NCBI GenBank assembly: GCA_965644315.1
Contig: CBFFRQ010000089.1
Coordinates: 310,001 to 374,000 of the forward strand
Direction of reading: 5' to 3'
DNA length: 64,000 nt
Origin: Caecitellus pseudoparvulus
Lineage: Eukaryota; Protista; Bigyra: Bicosoecida
Shown: positions 49,601 through 58,772 of the stretch, one piece after another
How positions within the stretch are numbered: the stretch's first letter is position 1
Layout: each line of letters opens with the position of its first letter
Translations under genes and position numbers: made by a program
The notes under the pieces: model-generated
The model's database searches: none
What the model was told of the DNA's origin: nothing
What the model saw: only the letters and a program-made list of their open reading frames with translations

Positions 49601-49844
49601 GGTGCCCCTCACCACCGACCAGTGGCTGCTGTCCATGGCCATTGGCGCCTGCAGTCTGCCCCTCGGCGCGCTCCTGCGCCTGCTCCCCGTCGGTGCAGAG
49701 GCCAACGTGGACGCGGCGTCGCCAGCCGGCAAGGCTGCAGCTGTGGCCAGCTCTGGCTTCACGCACCCCTCCCTGGCCAGCGCCATGTTTCCCGCCGCAG
49801 CAAAGCCCCGCAGCAGGTCTTCGGGCGCACTGAAGCTGCAATGA
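46677..49844 (+). CDS. P-type IIB (PMCA/ACA-like) Ca2+-ATPase, 3 exons
   Basis: Motifs LGGLDALVQGLGTD..GL, FGSN, LTGES, VPEGLPLAVT, ICSDKTGTLTEN, KGAPE, VTGDGTNDAPAL and LLWVNLIMDSFAALALATEPP. Introns 46952-47070 and 47115-47187. Confidence 0.96.
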
Positions 49845-50202
49845 TGCGTTGCGTGACACGTAGCCTGCAATGCACGTCTATGAATTCTCCCCGCGCTTCG
49901 TGAAACGAGCTCGAAACGCCGAGCAGTGCACGGCGCACTCCTGCAAAGACTACCCACTCTGTCGCCCAGCAGGGGGCCAACGGAGAAGGCATGCTGCTGC
50001 ATGCTCGTCTTTCTGCACGTCAGTGAGGGACGTACCGCAGGCAGCCCCTCCGTTGTTCTGTCCCCCGTCGAGGAGGCGCGTGCTTCGTTTTTTGTCGAGC
50101 GTGCTTGCTCAGAATACTTGCTGGCGCCGGCACTCGCCGTCCCGCCCCACAAACCAAGCACCCCCCGCACCCACACCCCGGCCTTCGCAAGTGACCCACC
50201 AC

Positions 50203-51899
50203 ATGGGATATAATCCTGCTCACGAACAAGTCCGAGCAGTCTTCACCGCGGCCTGCAGCTGCTGCTTTCTGCACCGCCAGCCTTCTATTCTCCACACCCC
50301 GCATGGAAACACCGCCTGTGCGTGCCGTGCAGCGTACCCAGAGCTGCAAGCAGCCAAGGTGCACTGAAAAATACCCCCCTTTATCCCCCACAGCTGGATT
50401 CCTCTCCTGGCGTCGTGCTGGAGGAGGAACGCGGCGCTGCATGCGCACAGGCTTCGCCACACGCCAGCGCCACGCCCACCGCCAGCCCCTCCAAGCCCAA
50501 GGCACCCCTGCCTGCAGGCGGCAGTGATGGCCAAATCAGCAACCCAGTCAAGGGCGCCTCTCCTGGCGGGCCAGTTGTGGACCCTGAAGACCCCTGCACG
50601 GCCGGCTGCCCGCCAAGTGTCGACAGCACATTCGATGCTGGGCACATGCACCCGGGGGAGCTGCTGTGGGGCGGCGCCGCCACCCAGCCCAACAGCAACA
50701 GCAGTGACAGCCTGCCGTCCCTTGTCCCAGAGGACGCCAAGTACGCGCCCCTCGTGCTGCCTTCCCTGAACCCTAAGCCCCCTGCCCTGCTGGAGGCCGA
50801 GCCCACCCCCACCTGCTCCAACTCCACCATCATCCTCTCCGCCATCCTCGTCGGCGTGCAGTACGGCCTGGGCAGCAGCATCCTCGGCATGAGCTCCCGT
50901 CTCCTGGACACGCAGGCGTGGGCGGTGGTGACGCAGCTGAATGCCTTCGGGCGTGTGCTGGGCCTGGCCACCATCATCGGCGTGGAGGGCTTCTGGCGGG
51001 GAAACTGGCCCAAACCCGGCTCCCCTGGCACCTCCCTCTTCGACAGCCAGGGCTGGATGAGCGCCGTGACGAGTGCTGCCCAGGTGGCCATCTACATCGC
51101 CGTGCACTTCCTCACCACGACGGGAGACGTCGGCATCCTCCTCGCACTCACCATGCTGTACAACGTCGTGCCGGTAGCATACGGCATTCTGCGCGCAGGG
51201 GAGCGCCTGACGCTGCCCAAGGCGGTGGGCTTCGCTGCCTCGGCCGCCGCCACAGTGTGCCTGGCCATCGCAGGCCTGGGCGGCGGCGGTGGGGGTGGCG
51301 GCGTGGATGGCGCCACCATTGCCCTGCAGGTGGTGCTGCTCTGTGTCTGCATCTGCGGGTGGGGCACGACGGACACGATCTTTGCTCGCGTGGGCCGGCG
51401 CATGCACGTCATCACGGCGGCGGCGTGGTACGCCATGGGCTGCATCGTGCTCACGGCCGTGGTGGGGCAGGGCACCATGCTGTTCCGGCAGGCAGAGGGT
51501 GCCGTGCCGCACTCTGCCATCCCCAGCACGCCCACCGGCGGCGCCAACCCGCTCTTTGGGTACCTGCTCATCCTCGGCACCAACGCCACGGCCACGCTGG
51601 GCTGGTACGGCTACGTGAAGCTGGGGCAGGTCGCAGATGCGAGCCTGTTCGTGCCCATCGTCGCAGCGCTCATGACGGCACTGCCTGCCATCGTCACCTC
51701 CGTCGTGCTGGGCGAAGGGTGGGGTGCCCTGAAGGTCATTGGCGTCATTGCCGCGGTGCTGTCAGCTGTGGCCATGGGCGTGCCACCCCCCAAGTCCACC
51801 TGGTGCAGCCGAGGCACCAAGCTCCCCACAGTCATCAGCCTGGACCCCGCGTCCACCAAGCCTGCAGACCCCAGTATCGCCGAGACGTCCCTTGTTTGA
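50203..51899 (+). CDS. EamA/DMT-superfamily 10-TM transporter with Pro/Ser-rich N-terminal extension (5' exon structure uncertain)
   Basis: Two 5-TM halves: LYNVVPVAYGILRAGERLTLPKAVGF and ASLFVPIVAAL..ALPAIVTSVVLGEGWGALKVIG. The main exon starts at ~50395; candidate first ATG is at 50203 with short introns. Confidence 0.75.
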
Positions 51900-51910
51900 G
51901 CACGCCCACC

Positions 51911-52804
51911 TCACGCTTCGTCGGCCATTAGGGCCATGAGCGCCGCGGTGGTGTCCCCCCCCGCCGCATCCAGCGCACGCCGGGCAGCCTCCCGCTGCGC
52001 CTGCGAGGCACTGCTGCGCCCCAAGATCTCCAGCAGCGCCCCGACATCGTCCCTCCACCGCGAGGCGCTGCCCTCCCCGTGCAGCACCTCCAGGTCAGGC
52101 TCTGCGAGGGGTTTGGGCAGGGTTGCCGGGACACCTGGCGGCAGCGCCAGCGCCGCTGCTGCCTCTCGCCAAGCTGGGGACCAAGCAGTGTCTCCGCACG
52201 CCTGAATGGCCGGCAGCTGGTCCGCCAGCAGCTTGGCAAAGGCGATGTTGGGGTATGCGTGCGGGCGGCAGTGGCGCAGGAAAGCCCACGCCTGCGCCAG
52301 GCCCCAGTCCTTGCGCAGCTGCAGCAGCACCCACAGGACGACAGTGGCAGAGCGACTGCGCCCTGCACTGCAATGCACGAGCACTGGCGGCGTCGCGGCG
52401 CGCACAGCCTCCCGTGCCTGCTGGAAGACTGCACACACAGTTTCATGCCCCGCTTCCTCAACCCACTTGCCAGAGTCGTGCATGTCCAGCTCCACCAACT
52501 GCACGCCAGCCTCGCCCAGCGCCGCACGGGGGTACCATGCGCCCAGCTCGGCCCCTGCCACGTTCAGCACGGCGGCGATGCCGTGCTCCTTCATCCACGC
52601 CGAGTCCTCCACGGCGTGGCCAGAGGCCAGGTACAGCAACCCAGGCACCACTTCCGAATGCTGTGCCGTGTTGCCCTGCCCCAACTTCGGCGGTTCAAAA
52701 GCATGCACAATGGCTGCATCATACTCCTCGCTCAAGCCGTCTGAAGAAGTGGTGGCCTCGTCGCCCGGGACGCTCGGCGCTGGAGCGCCTGCTTGGTCAG
52801 CCAT
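51911..52804 (-). CDS. Dual-specificity protein phosphatase with C-terminal UBA-like domain
   Basis: SEVVPGLLYL, GIAAVLNVA, catalytic VLVHCSAGRSRSATVV, RPHAYPNIAF. The C-terminus REAARRALDAAGGDTTAALMALM is UBA-like. Confidence 0.9.
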   Translation of the reverse strand: MADQAGAPAPSVPGDEATTSSDGLSEEYDAAIVHAFEPPKLGQGNTAQHSEVVPGLLYLASGHAVEDSAWMKEHGIAAVLNVAGAELGAWYPRAALGEAGVQLVELDMHDSGKWVEEAGHETVCAVFQQAREAVRAATPPVLVHCSAGRSRSATVVLWVLLQLRKDWGLAQAWAFLRHCRPHAYPNIAFAKLLADQLPAIQACGDTAWSPAWREAAAALALPPGVPATLPKPLAEPDLEVLHGEGSASRWRDDVGALLEILGRSSASQAQREAARRALDAAGGDTTAALMALMADEA

Positions 52805-53049
52805 GCTGAAGCCAAGGGCACTGCACTTGGCGATCACTCTTGCGTGCGTGGCAGGGGGGCAGCGGGTGCGTCAGGGGCGGGGCGGCGCAAACAGCCGCGT
52901 CAACTCAACAACAAAGTCCTGCACAATTTGATCGCACTTGCTCATGTCTGCGCGCCCCGTCCTGCTGGCCGACTTGTACAACCCACCACTTTGGGTGCGA
53001 ACTGCGGCTTTTGGGCCACGGGTTCCGTGCCTCCGAGCAATTGCTCGCG

Positions 53050-56000
53050 ATGGCGTCTCAAGCTGCCTACGCCGCTGCTCCCCAGCATGCGGGCCCCCTG
53101 TTCAGCGTTGAGCTGACCATTGAAGGCATGACGTGTGCTTCCTGTGTGTCCACTGTGCGGTCAGCCCTCGTGGACTTGCCGCAAGTCCAAGATGCTTCAG
53201 TCAACCTCGCCAGCGAAACGGCCACAGTCTCGGTGCGGGGGGACGCAGAGGCCGGCAAAGCCGACGTCAGCAAGTTGGTGGAGGCCGTGGAGGGCGTGGG
53301 TTTCGGCGCACAGGTCCTGCGCAGCGATGCTGCGCCAGCCGCCGGTGGCCACGTTGTCACGCTGGCCATCGAGGGCATGACGTGTGCCTCCTGCGTGTCC
53401 ACCGTCACGGCGGCGCTGGAGGGCGAGTCAGCCGCCGCATCCGCATCCGTGAACCTCGTGGCTGAGACCGCCTCTGTGGTGCTGGCCCACGGCGTGTCGC
53501 CAGGCGACGCCGTGCCGGCCCTGCTCCGTGCCGTGGAGGACGTCGGCTTCGGCGCCTCCCTGCAGTCTGTGCGGTCTGCCGCCCGCGACGGGAGCCAAGC
53601 GTCGAAACCTGCGGAAGTCTACGACTGGGCGAGCGCCGGAGCTCGCCTGTTGACGGAGAGCAGTGGCGACACGCTGAACTCAGCCGCAGTGGCGGTGGAC
53701 TCCATGCGCGCCCGGCAAGCCGAGACCCAGCGCAAGTGGCTGTGGCGGTGCATCATCGCAGGCGTCTTTGCCCTGCCCAACCTGGTCGTGACCATGCTGC
53801 TGCCCCTGACCATCCCGTCGGTGGAGCACGCCCTGATGCAGGACGCCTTTGGCGTGCCTGGGCTGAACTGGATGGCAGTCGTGGGGGCAGTGCTGGCGGC
53901 GCCAGTGCAGTTCGGCAGCGCCATCCCCTTCTACCGCAAGGCGTGGTCTGCAGCACGCCACGGCACCTTTGGCATGGACTTCCTGGTCACCGCCGGCACC
54001 ACCATCGCCTATGGCGCCTCCCTCATCGACGTCTTCGTCGCGGTTGCCAGCGCCGGCGAGACCAAGTCCCACGCCATGTTCGAGACCTCCTCCACCCTGC
54101 TCTGGTTCGTCATCCTGGGCAAGTACCTGGAGTACTCTGCACGCTCCCACACCAGTGCCGCCATTTTCAGCCTCATGCAGCTGCAGGCCGACACTGCCCG
54201 AGTGCTGCTGCCGGACAGTGAGACAGAGGCGGTGCCCACCTCGCCACAAGACACGGCTGGCGAGCGCGCCCACGGCCTGGTGCCTGCAGATGACGCGCTG
54301 GCAGGGCTGTCTGCGGCAGACCACAGCGGCTTCGAGGAGCACCGGGTGCCCTCCTCTCGCCTGCGCCCAGGTGACTATGTGAAGGTATACGTGGGGGAGC
54401 AGTTCCCAGTGGATGCCACCGTCATCTGCGGCATCACGTCGGTGGACGAAGCCATGCTGACGGGCGAGTCGGTGCCTGTGCGCCGTGGGGTGGGCGCGCC
54501 GGTCATGGGCTCCACAGTGAACGTGGGGGATGTGGTGCTGGCCCGGTGCACCGCCGACGTCGGTTCCTCTGCCGTCAGCCGCATTGTGCAGCTGGTGCAG
54601 AACGCGCAGTCCAGTCGCACCAGCATGCAGGACATGACGGACCGCGTGAGTGCCGTGTTCTCCCCACTCGTCTTTGCCATCGCAGCGGCCACGCTGGGCA
54701 TCTGGTGTGGCCTGGTTTTCGGCGGCGTGGTGGGGGCGGACGCTGTCCCGGCAGGCTCCACGCCCTTCCTCTTCGTCCTGCGCTTCTCCCTCTCGGTCGT
54801 CGTCATCGCTTGCCCCTGTGCACTGGGCCTGGCCACGCCAACGGCAGTCATGGTGGGCACGGGGGTGGGCGCACGCATGGGCGTCCTCATCAAGGGTGGC
54901 GCTGCACTGGAGGGTGCCAGCAAGGTGGACACCGTGGTCCTGGACAAGACTGGCACCATCACCACCGGCGAGCCAGTCGTGACGGAGGCCGTGCTGACCC
55001 CTTGGAGCTCTGGCGCCCCCGCCGGCGAACGCAAGGGGGACGGGACCAAGTCCACCCCCGCCCGTGCCTGCTGTGCTGCGGAGGACATTGGCCCGGAGGT
55101 GCACGCGGACGGCGGCTTCCACGCCGTGTCTGACCTGACGACGCTGCTGCGCGTCGCCATCGCCCTGGAGACGGGCTCCGACCACCCCATTTCCAAGGCC
55201 ATCTGCGACCTGGCCCAGGCAGCCAAGCGCCGCAGCGTGAGCCAGCTGGTGCTGGGGGCAGGCGGAGGGGGCGCCCGGGAGGCGACGACGGCAGGCAGCG
55301 CAGCCATCCCCCCTGCCCTGGTGGTGTCGGATTCGCACAAGGTCATCGCGGGCAAGGGTGTGATGTGTGAGCTGGAGAGCATGGGCACCGCCTATGCCGG
55401 CAGCGCCAAGTGGATGGAGAAGCTGGGCATGGCCATGGGCCCGACGGCAGAGGCGGAAGCTGAGGCCCTGCGCAGACAGGGCAAGACTGTCATCTGCATC
55501 GCCGTCAAGGGGCGTGTCGTGGGCCTTCTGGCTGTGGCCGACGCTCCCCGGGCAGACTCGGCAGGCGCCATCGCAGCGCTGCACCGGCAGGGCCTGCAGG
55601 TGTGGATGTTGACGGGGGACCACGCCGCGACAGCCGTGGCAGTGGGCGCAGCAGTGGGCATCCCCAAGGCACGCGTGGCCGCGGGCATGAAGCCCGAGGA
55701 CAAGCAGGCCACTGTGAAGCACCTCCAGGATGAGGGGCGTGTGGTGGCCTTTGTGGGGGACGGCATCAACGACTCACCCGCCTTGGTGCAGGCAGACGTG
55801 GGCATCGCCATGGGTGGCGGCACGCAGGTGGCCATGGATGCCGGGGACGTCGTGCTGGTGCGTGGCACGCTGGCTGACGTGCACACTGCCCTGGACCTCT
55901 CCCGCACCGTCTTCCGCCGTATCCGGTACAACCTCGTGTGGGCGCTGGCGTACAACACCCTGGGCATCCCCCTCGCAGCGGGCGCCCTGTGGCCCTTCAC

Positions 56001-56430
56001 AGGCACTGGCATCCCGCCTCAGGCCGCCGCTCTCGCCATGGCCCTGTCTTCCGTCTGCGTCGTGCTGTCCTCCCTGCACCTGAACCTGTACAAGGTGCCC
56101 ACAGTGCAGGGCGAGGAACGGGGGGCGGACGAGGAGGCCGAAGACAAGGCCATCCTGTCCAAGGCTGGCGACGAGGAGGATGCCGAGGGGGGGACACAGG
56201 ATGAGGAGGACACGTCTCTGTTCAAGCAGCACTGCACGTGCTCGTGTGAGGCCTGCCGCGGCAACAAGCGCTTCACTGCCGGCGGCACTGGCGGGCAGCT
56301 GGCCCAGCAGGATGCGCTGCAAGGCGAGGCAGTGCCGGACGTCCAGCCCTGTGGCTGTGACACCTGCGAGTGTGCCTACAGGCCTTCCACCTCCACAGAC
56401 ACTGCCGTGCTGGAACCCGGCCTGCCCTGA
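53050..56430 (+). CDS. Copper-transporting P1B-1 ATPase (ATP7/RAN1/CCC2-like) with 2 HMA domains and a Cys-rich C-terminus
   Basis: Two IEGMTCASCV; TGES; CPCALGLATPT; DKTGTIT; SDHP; GDGINDSPAL; TM7 YN; TM8 MALSS. Confidence 0.96.
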   Translation: MASQAAYAAAPQHAGPLFSVELTIEGMTCASCVSTVRSALVDLPQVQDASVNLASETATVSVRGDAEAGKADVSKLVEAVEGVGFGAQVLRSDAAPAAGGHVVTLAIEGMTCASCVSTVTAALEGESAAASASVNLVAETASVVLAHGVSPGDAVPALLRAVEDVGFGASLQSVRSAARDGSQASKPAEVYDWASAGARLLTESSGDTLNSAAVAVDSMRARQAETQRKWLWRCIIAGVFALPNLVVTMLLPLTIPSVEHALMQDAFGVPGLNWMAVVGAVLAAPVQFGSAIPFYRKAWSAARHGTFGMDFLVTAGTTIAYGASLIDVFVAVASAGETKSHAMFETSSTLLWFVILGKYLEYSARSHTSAAIFSLMQLQADTARVLLPDSETEAVPTSPQDTAGERAHGLVPADDALAGLSAADHSGFEEHRVPSSRLRPGDYVKVYVGEQFPVDATVICGITSVDEAMLTGESVPVRRGVGAPVMGSTVNVGDVVLARCTADVGSSAVSRIVQLVQNAQSSRTSMQDMTDRVSAVFSPLVFAIAAATLGIWCGLVFGGVVGADAVPAGSTPFLFVLRFSLSVVVIACPCALGLATPTAVMVGTGVGARMGVLIKGGAALEGASKVDTVVLDKTGTITTGEPVVTEAVLTPWSSGAPAGERKGDGTKSTPARACCAAEDIGPEVHADGGFHAVSDLTTLLRVAIALETGSDHPISKAICDLAQAAKRRSVSQLVLGAGGGGAREATTAGSAAIPPALVVSDSHKVIAGKGVMCELESMGTAYAGSAKWMEKLGMAMGPTAEAEAEALRRQGKTVICIAVKGRVVGLLAVADAPRADSAGAIAALHRQGLQVWMLTGDHAATAVAVGAAVGIPKARVAAGMKPEDKQATVKHLQDEGRVVAFVGDGINDSPALVQADVGIAMGGGTQVAMDAGDVVLVRGTLADVHTALDLSRTVFRRIRYNLVWALAYNTLGIPLAAGALWPFTGTGIPPQAAALAMALSSVCVVLSSLHLNLYKVPTVQGEERGADEEAEDKAILSKAGDEEDAEGGTQDEEDTSLFKQHCTCSCEACRGNKRFTAGGTGGQLAQQDALQGEAVPDVQPCGCDTCECAYRPSTSTDTAVLEPGLP

Positions 56431-56591
56431 GTCCCCCGGCCCCTGCCCCACTCGGAGCGGCGGGGACAATGCACTCTCCATGATTGTCAATCTTTCAAAA
56501 CCATAAATACCACTGTGCACCGCCGCCCGCCGCACCCACGCGCCCGAGCCAGCCGTGCCCCGACGCCGACACCACACCAACAGCGCCCGCC

Positions 56592-57065
56592 ATGCTGCGC
56601 GCCGTCACCGCTGCTGCCCGGGTGGCCACCACCGTCGTGCGCCCCGCAGTTGTGCAGCCTTTCATCGTGGAGGCTGTGACCCCCCTGCGTGCCATGTGCA
56701 CCGTCACACAGGTGAGCGGCGCAGGCGTGCCAGCGGTATTACCGCCACGCCCAACATCCGCAGCCCACGTCAGCGCACGTGGCCTCGCCTCTCCCCCCCT
56801 CGCGCCGCAGACCTTCCTGGATAGGGCAGAGGTGACTGAGCGTGTCCTGACTGTGCTGAAGGGCTTCGACAAGGTGGATGGTGCCAAGCTGTCTTCCGAG
56901 AGCCACTTCAAGAACGACTTGGGCCTGGACAGCCTGGACGCTGTGGAGGTGTGCATGGCGCTGGAGGAGGAGTTCTGCGTGCAGATCCCCGACGCCGAGG
57001 CGGACAAGATCTTCTCTGTCCCAGATGCCATTGAGTTCCTCGCCACGCACCCCCAGGCCAAGTAA
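56592..57065 (+). CDS. NDUFAB1: Mitochondrial acyl carrier protein (NDUFAB1-like), 2 exons
   Basis: Presequence MLRAVTAAARVATT; intron 56712-56810; phosphopantetheine motif DLGLDSLDAVEVCMALEEEF..IPDAEADKI..HPQAK. Confidence 0.95.
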   Translation: MLRAVTAAARVATTVVRPAVVQPFIVEAVTPLRAMCTVTQVSGAGVPAVLPPRPTSAAHVSARGLASPPLAPQTFLDRAEVTERVLTVLKGFDKVDGAKLSSESHFKNDLGLDSLDAVEVCMALEEEFCVQIPDAEADKIFSVPDAIEFLATHPQAK

Positions 57066-57271
57066 GCGTCCACCTGGTGGTGTGCGGAAATCCACACAGC
57101 ACACACACAATCCGCGGCGCCACCTCGTCTGCGTGCTCTCACGCGCTCGAACGGCCACTCATGAAAATGTCTCTTGCATGCATTCACTCCGCTTCGCTTG
57201 CCCAGCGCCATGCACTCGTCAGGCAGCTCGCCTGGCGCTGAGTAGCGAGGGCGGTGCACGCGGTGCCCGCA

Positions 57272-58574
57272 TCACTCCTGGAAGGCAGCCAGGACGTTCT
57301 TCTTGATGCCGAACTTGTACGCCTTCTCCACGGAAATGCTGCCCTTGCTCAGCAGGCTGGCCATGCGCGTGGCCTCCTTGGTCACGTACTCGTCCCCCTT
57401 GGCCAGGACCTTCTTCATCACGCGCTCGTACACGGCGCCGAAGGCCTTCTCGCCGTCCAGCAACTCGGCGATGGCAGCAGGCAGGTCTGTGTCCAGGATG
57501 GAGTTGCGGCCCTCGGCGTCGCCCTGCATGAACTGCGTGGCCAGGGCGTCCAGAGCAGGCACCCGCCCAGCGGTGGGCAGCAGGGCACCGGTCTCGTCAC
57601 GGGCTGTGCCAGCGTGGGTGTTGATGAAGGACACGAACGACTTCAAGTCGCGGCCGCCAGAGTAGTCCACCGCCTCCTTGTCCTCCCCGGCGGGGAACCA
57701 CTTCAGGGTGGGGTACCCAGACACGCCGTACTCGGAGGCGACATCCCGGTGGGCAGTAGCGTCCACTGCCACGATGGCCACGTTGTCGTCCCCTGCAAAG
57801 ACGTCTGCCAGGGCCTTGTACGTGGGGGCCAGGTTCTTGCAGTGGCCACACCAGGGAGCGTAGAACTCCACCAGAGCAGACTTGCTGGGGTCCTTCACCA
57901 CCGCGTCAAAGTTGGAGCTGCCCAGGTGCTGCACGTTGGTCACTTCGCGGGGCAGGCTCTTCTGCAGCCCCGTGCGCTGGTTGATGAAGGCGACGATGTC
58001 ATCAGCGGAGCGGCCACCCGAGTAGTCATCTGCGCGAGGCGTGCTTGGATGTGCCGGTCGCCACGTGTGCGGCGGCAGGGCGCGCGCTGGGCTCACCTGG
58101 ATCCTCCAGTGTCCCGCTGAACCACTTCAGTGTGGGGAAGCCAGTCACACCGTACTTGGAGGCAAAGGCGCCGTGTGCGTCGGCGTCCATCTTGGCCACC
58201 AACACGCCATCGCTGCGGAAATCGAGGCAGCGCCAGTGGGCGTGGAAGCCTCCCCGCCACCGCCCAACCACACGCACCTCTTCTTGTACACGTCACCCAC
58301 ACGGGTGTACTCGGGCTCCAGGGCCTTGCAGTGTCCACACCACTGACGTGGGGGTAAGGGGGCGCATGCTTGCGGTGCTGTCAGGTGGCTGGGCTACGCG
58401 CCTGGCTCGCTCGACACGTACAGGCGCGTAGAACTCCACCAGCGCAGGGGTGCCGCTGCCCACGAGGTCCTCGAAGTTGTCTGGCGTCAGCGTGTACACG
58501 CCATCTCCACGGCTGGCAGCAGAGGCAAAGGCAGCAGCGGCAGCCAGCATCACACTGAGCACGGCACGAGCCAT
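57272..58574 (-). CDS. Protein disulfide isomerase, a-a'-D type (two WCGHC thioredoxin domains + ERp29-like C domain), 4 exons
   Basis: Signal peptide [19 protein letters not shown]; VEFYAP|[10 protein letters not shown]; second [16 protein letters not shown]; [13 protein letters not shown]. Ends [10 protein letters not shown] with no KDEL, as usual for this subfamily. Confidence 0.93.
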
Positions 58575-58772
58575 GGTGAACGTGTGTGCTTGTGGGGCAG
58601 AGGGGCGTCTGGAAGGGGGCCTGCAGACACTCGGGTGGTTGCTGTAATGGTCTGTGGGCAAAACCTTGCGAGTGCAGTTGTGAGCCGTGTGCTGCAATGA
58701 CTTGCGCCGCGGTGTGAAGGGCTTGCTGTTGCTTTGTCAGGCGGCGCCGTGCCAGCCACGGAAGCACGCAGC

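Noticed and set aside
46581-49859. 1,092-aa minus-strand ORF
   Set aside because: In-register antisense shadow of the high-GC3 Ca-ATPase; it has no motifs and ignores the intron structure.
57272-57300. PDI lacking KDEL/HDEL
   Set aside because: Normal for a-a'-D type PDIs with an ERp29-like C domain; not novel.
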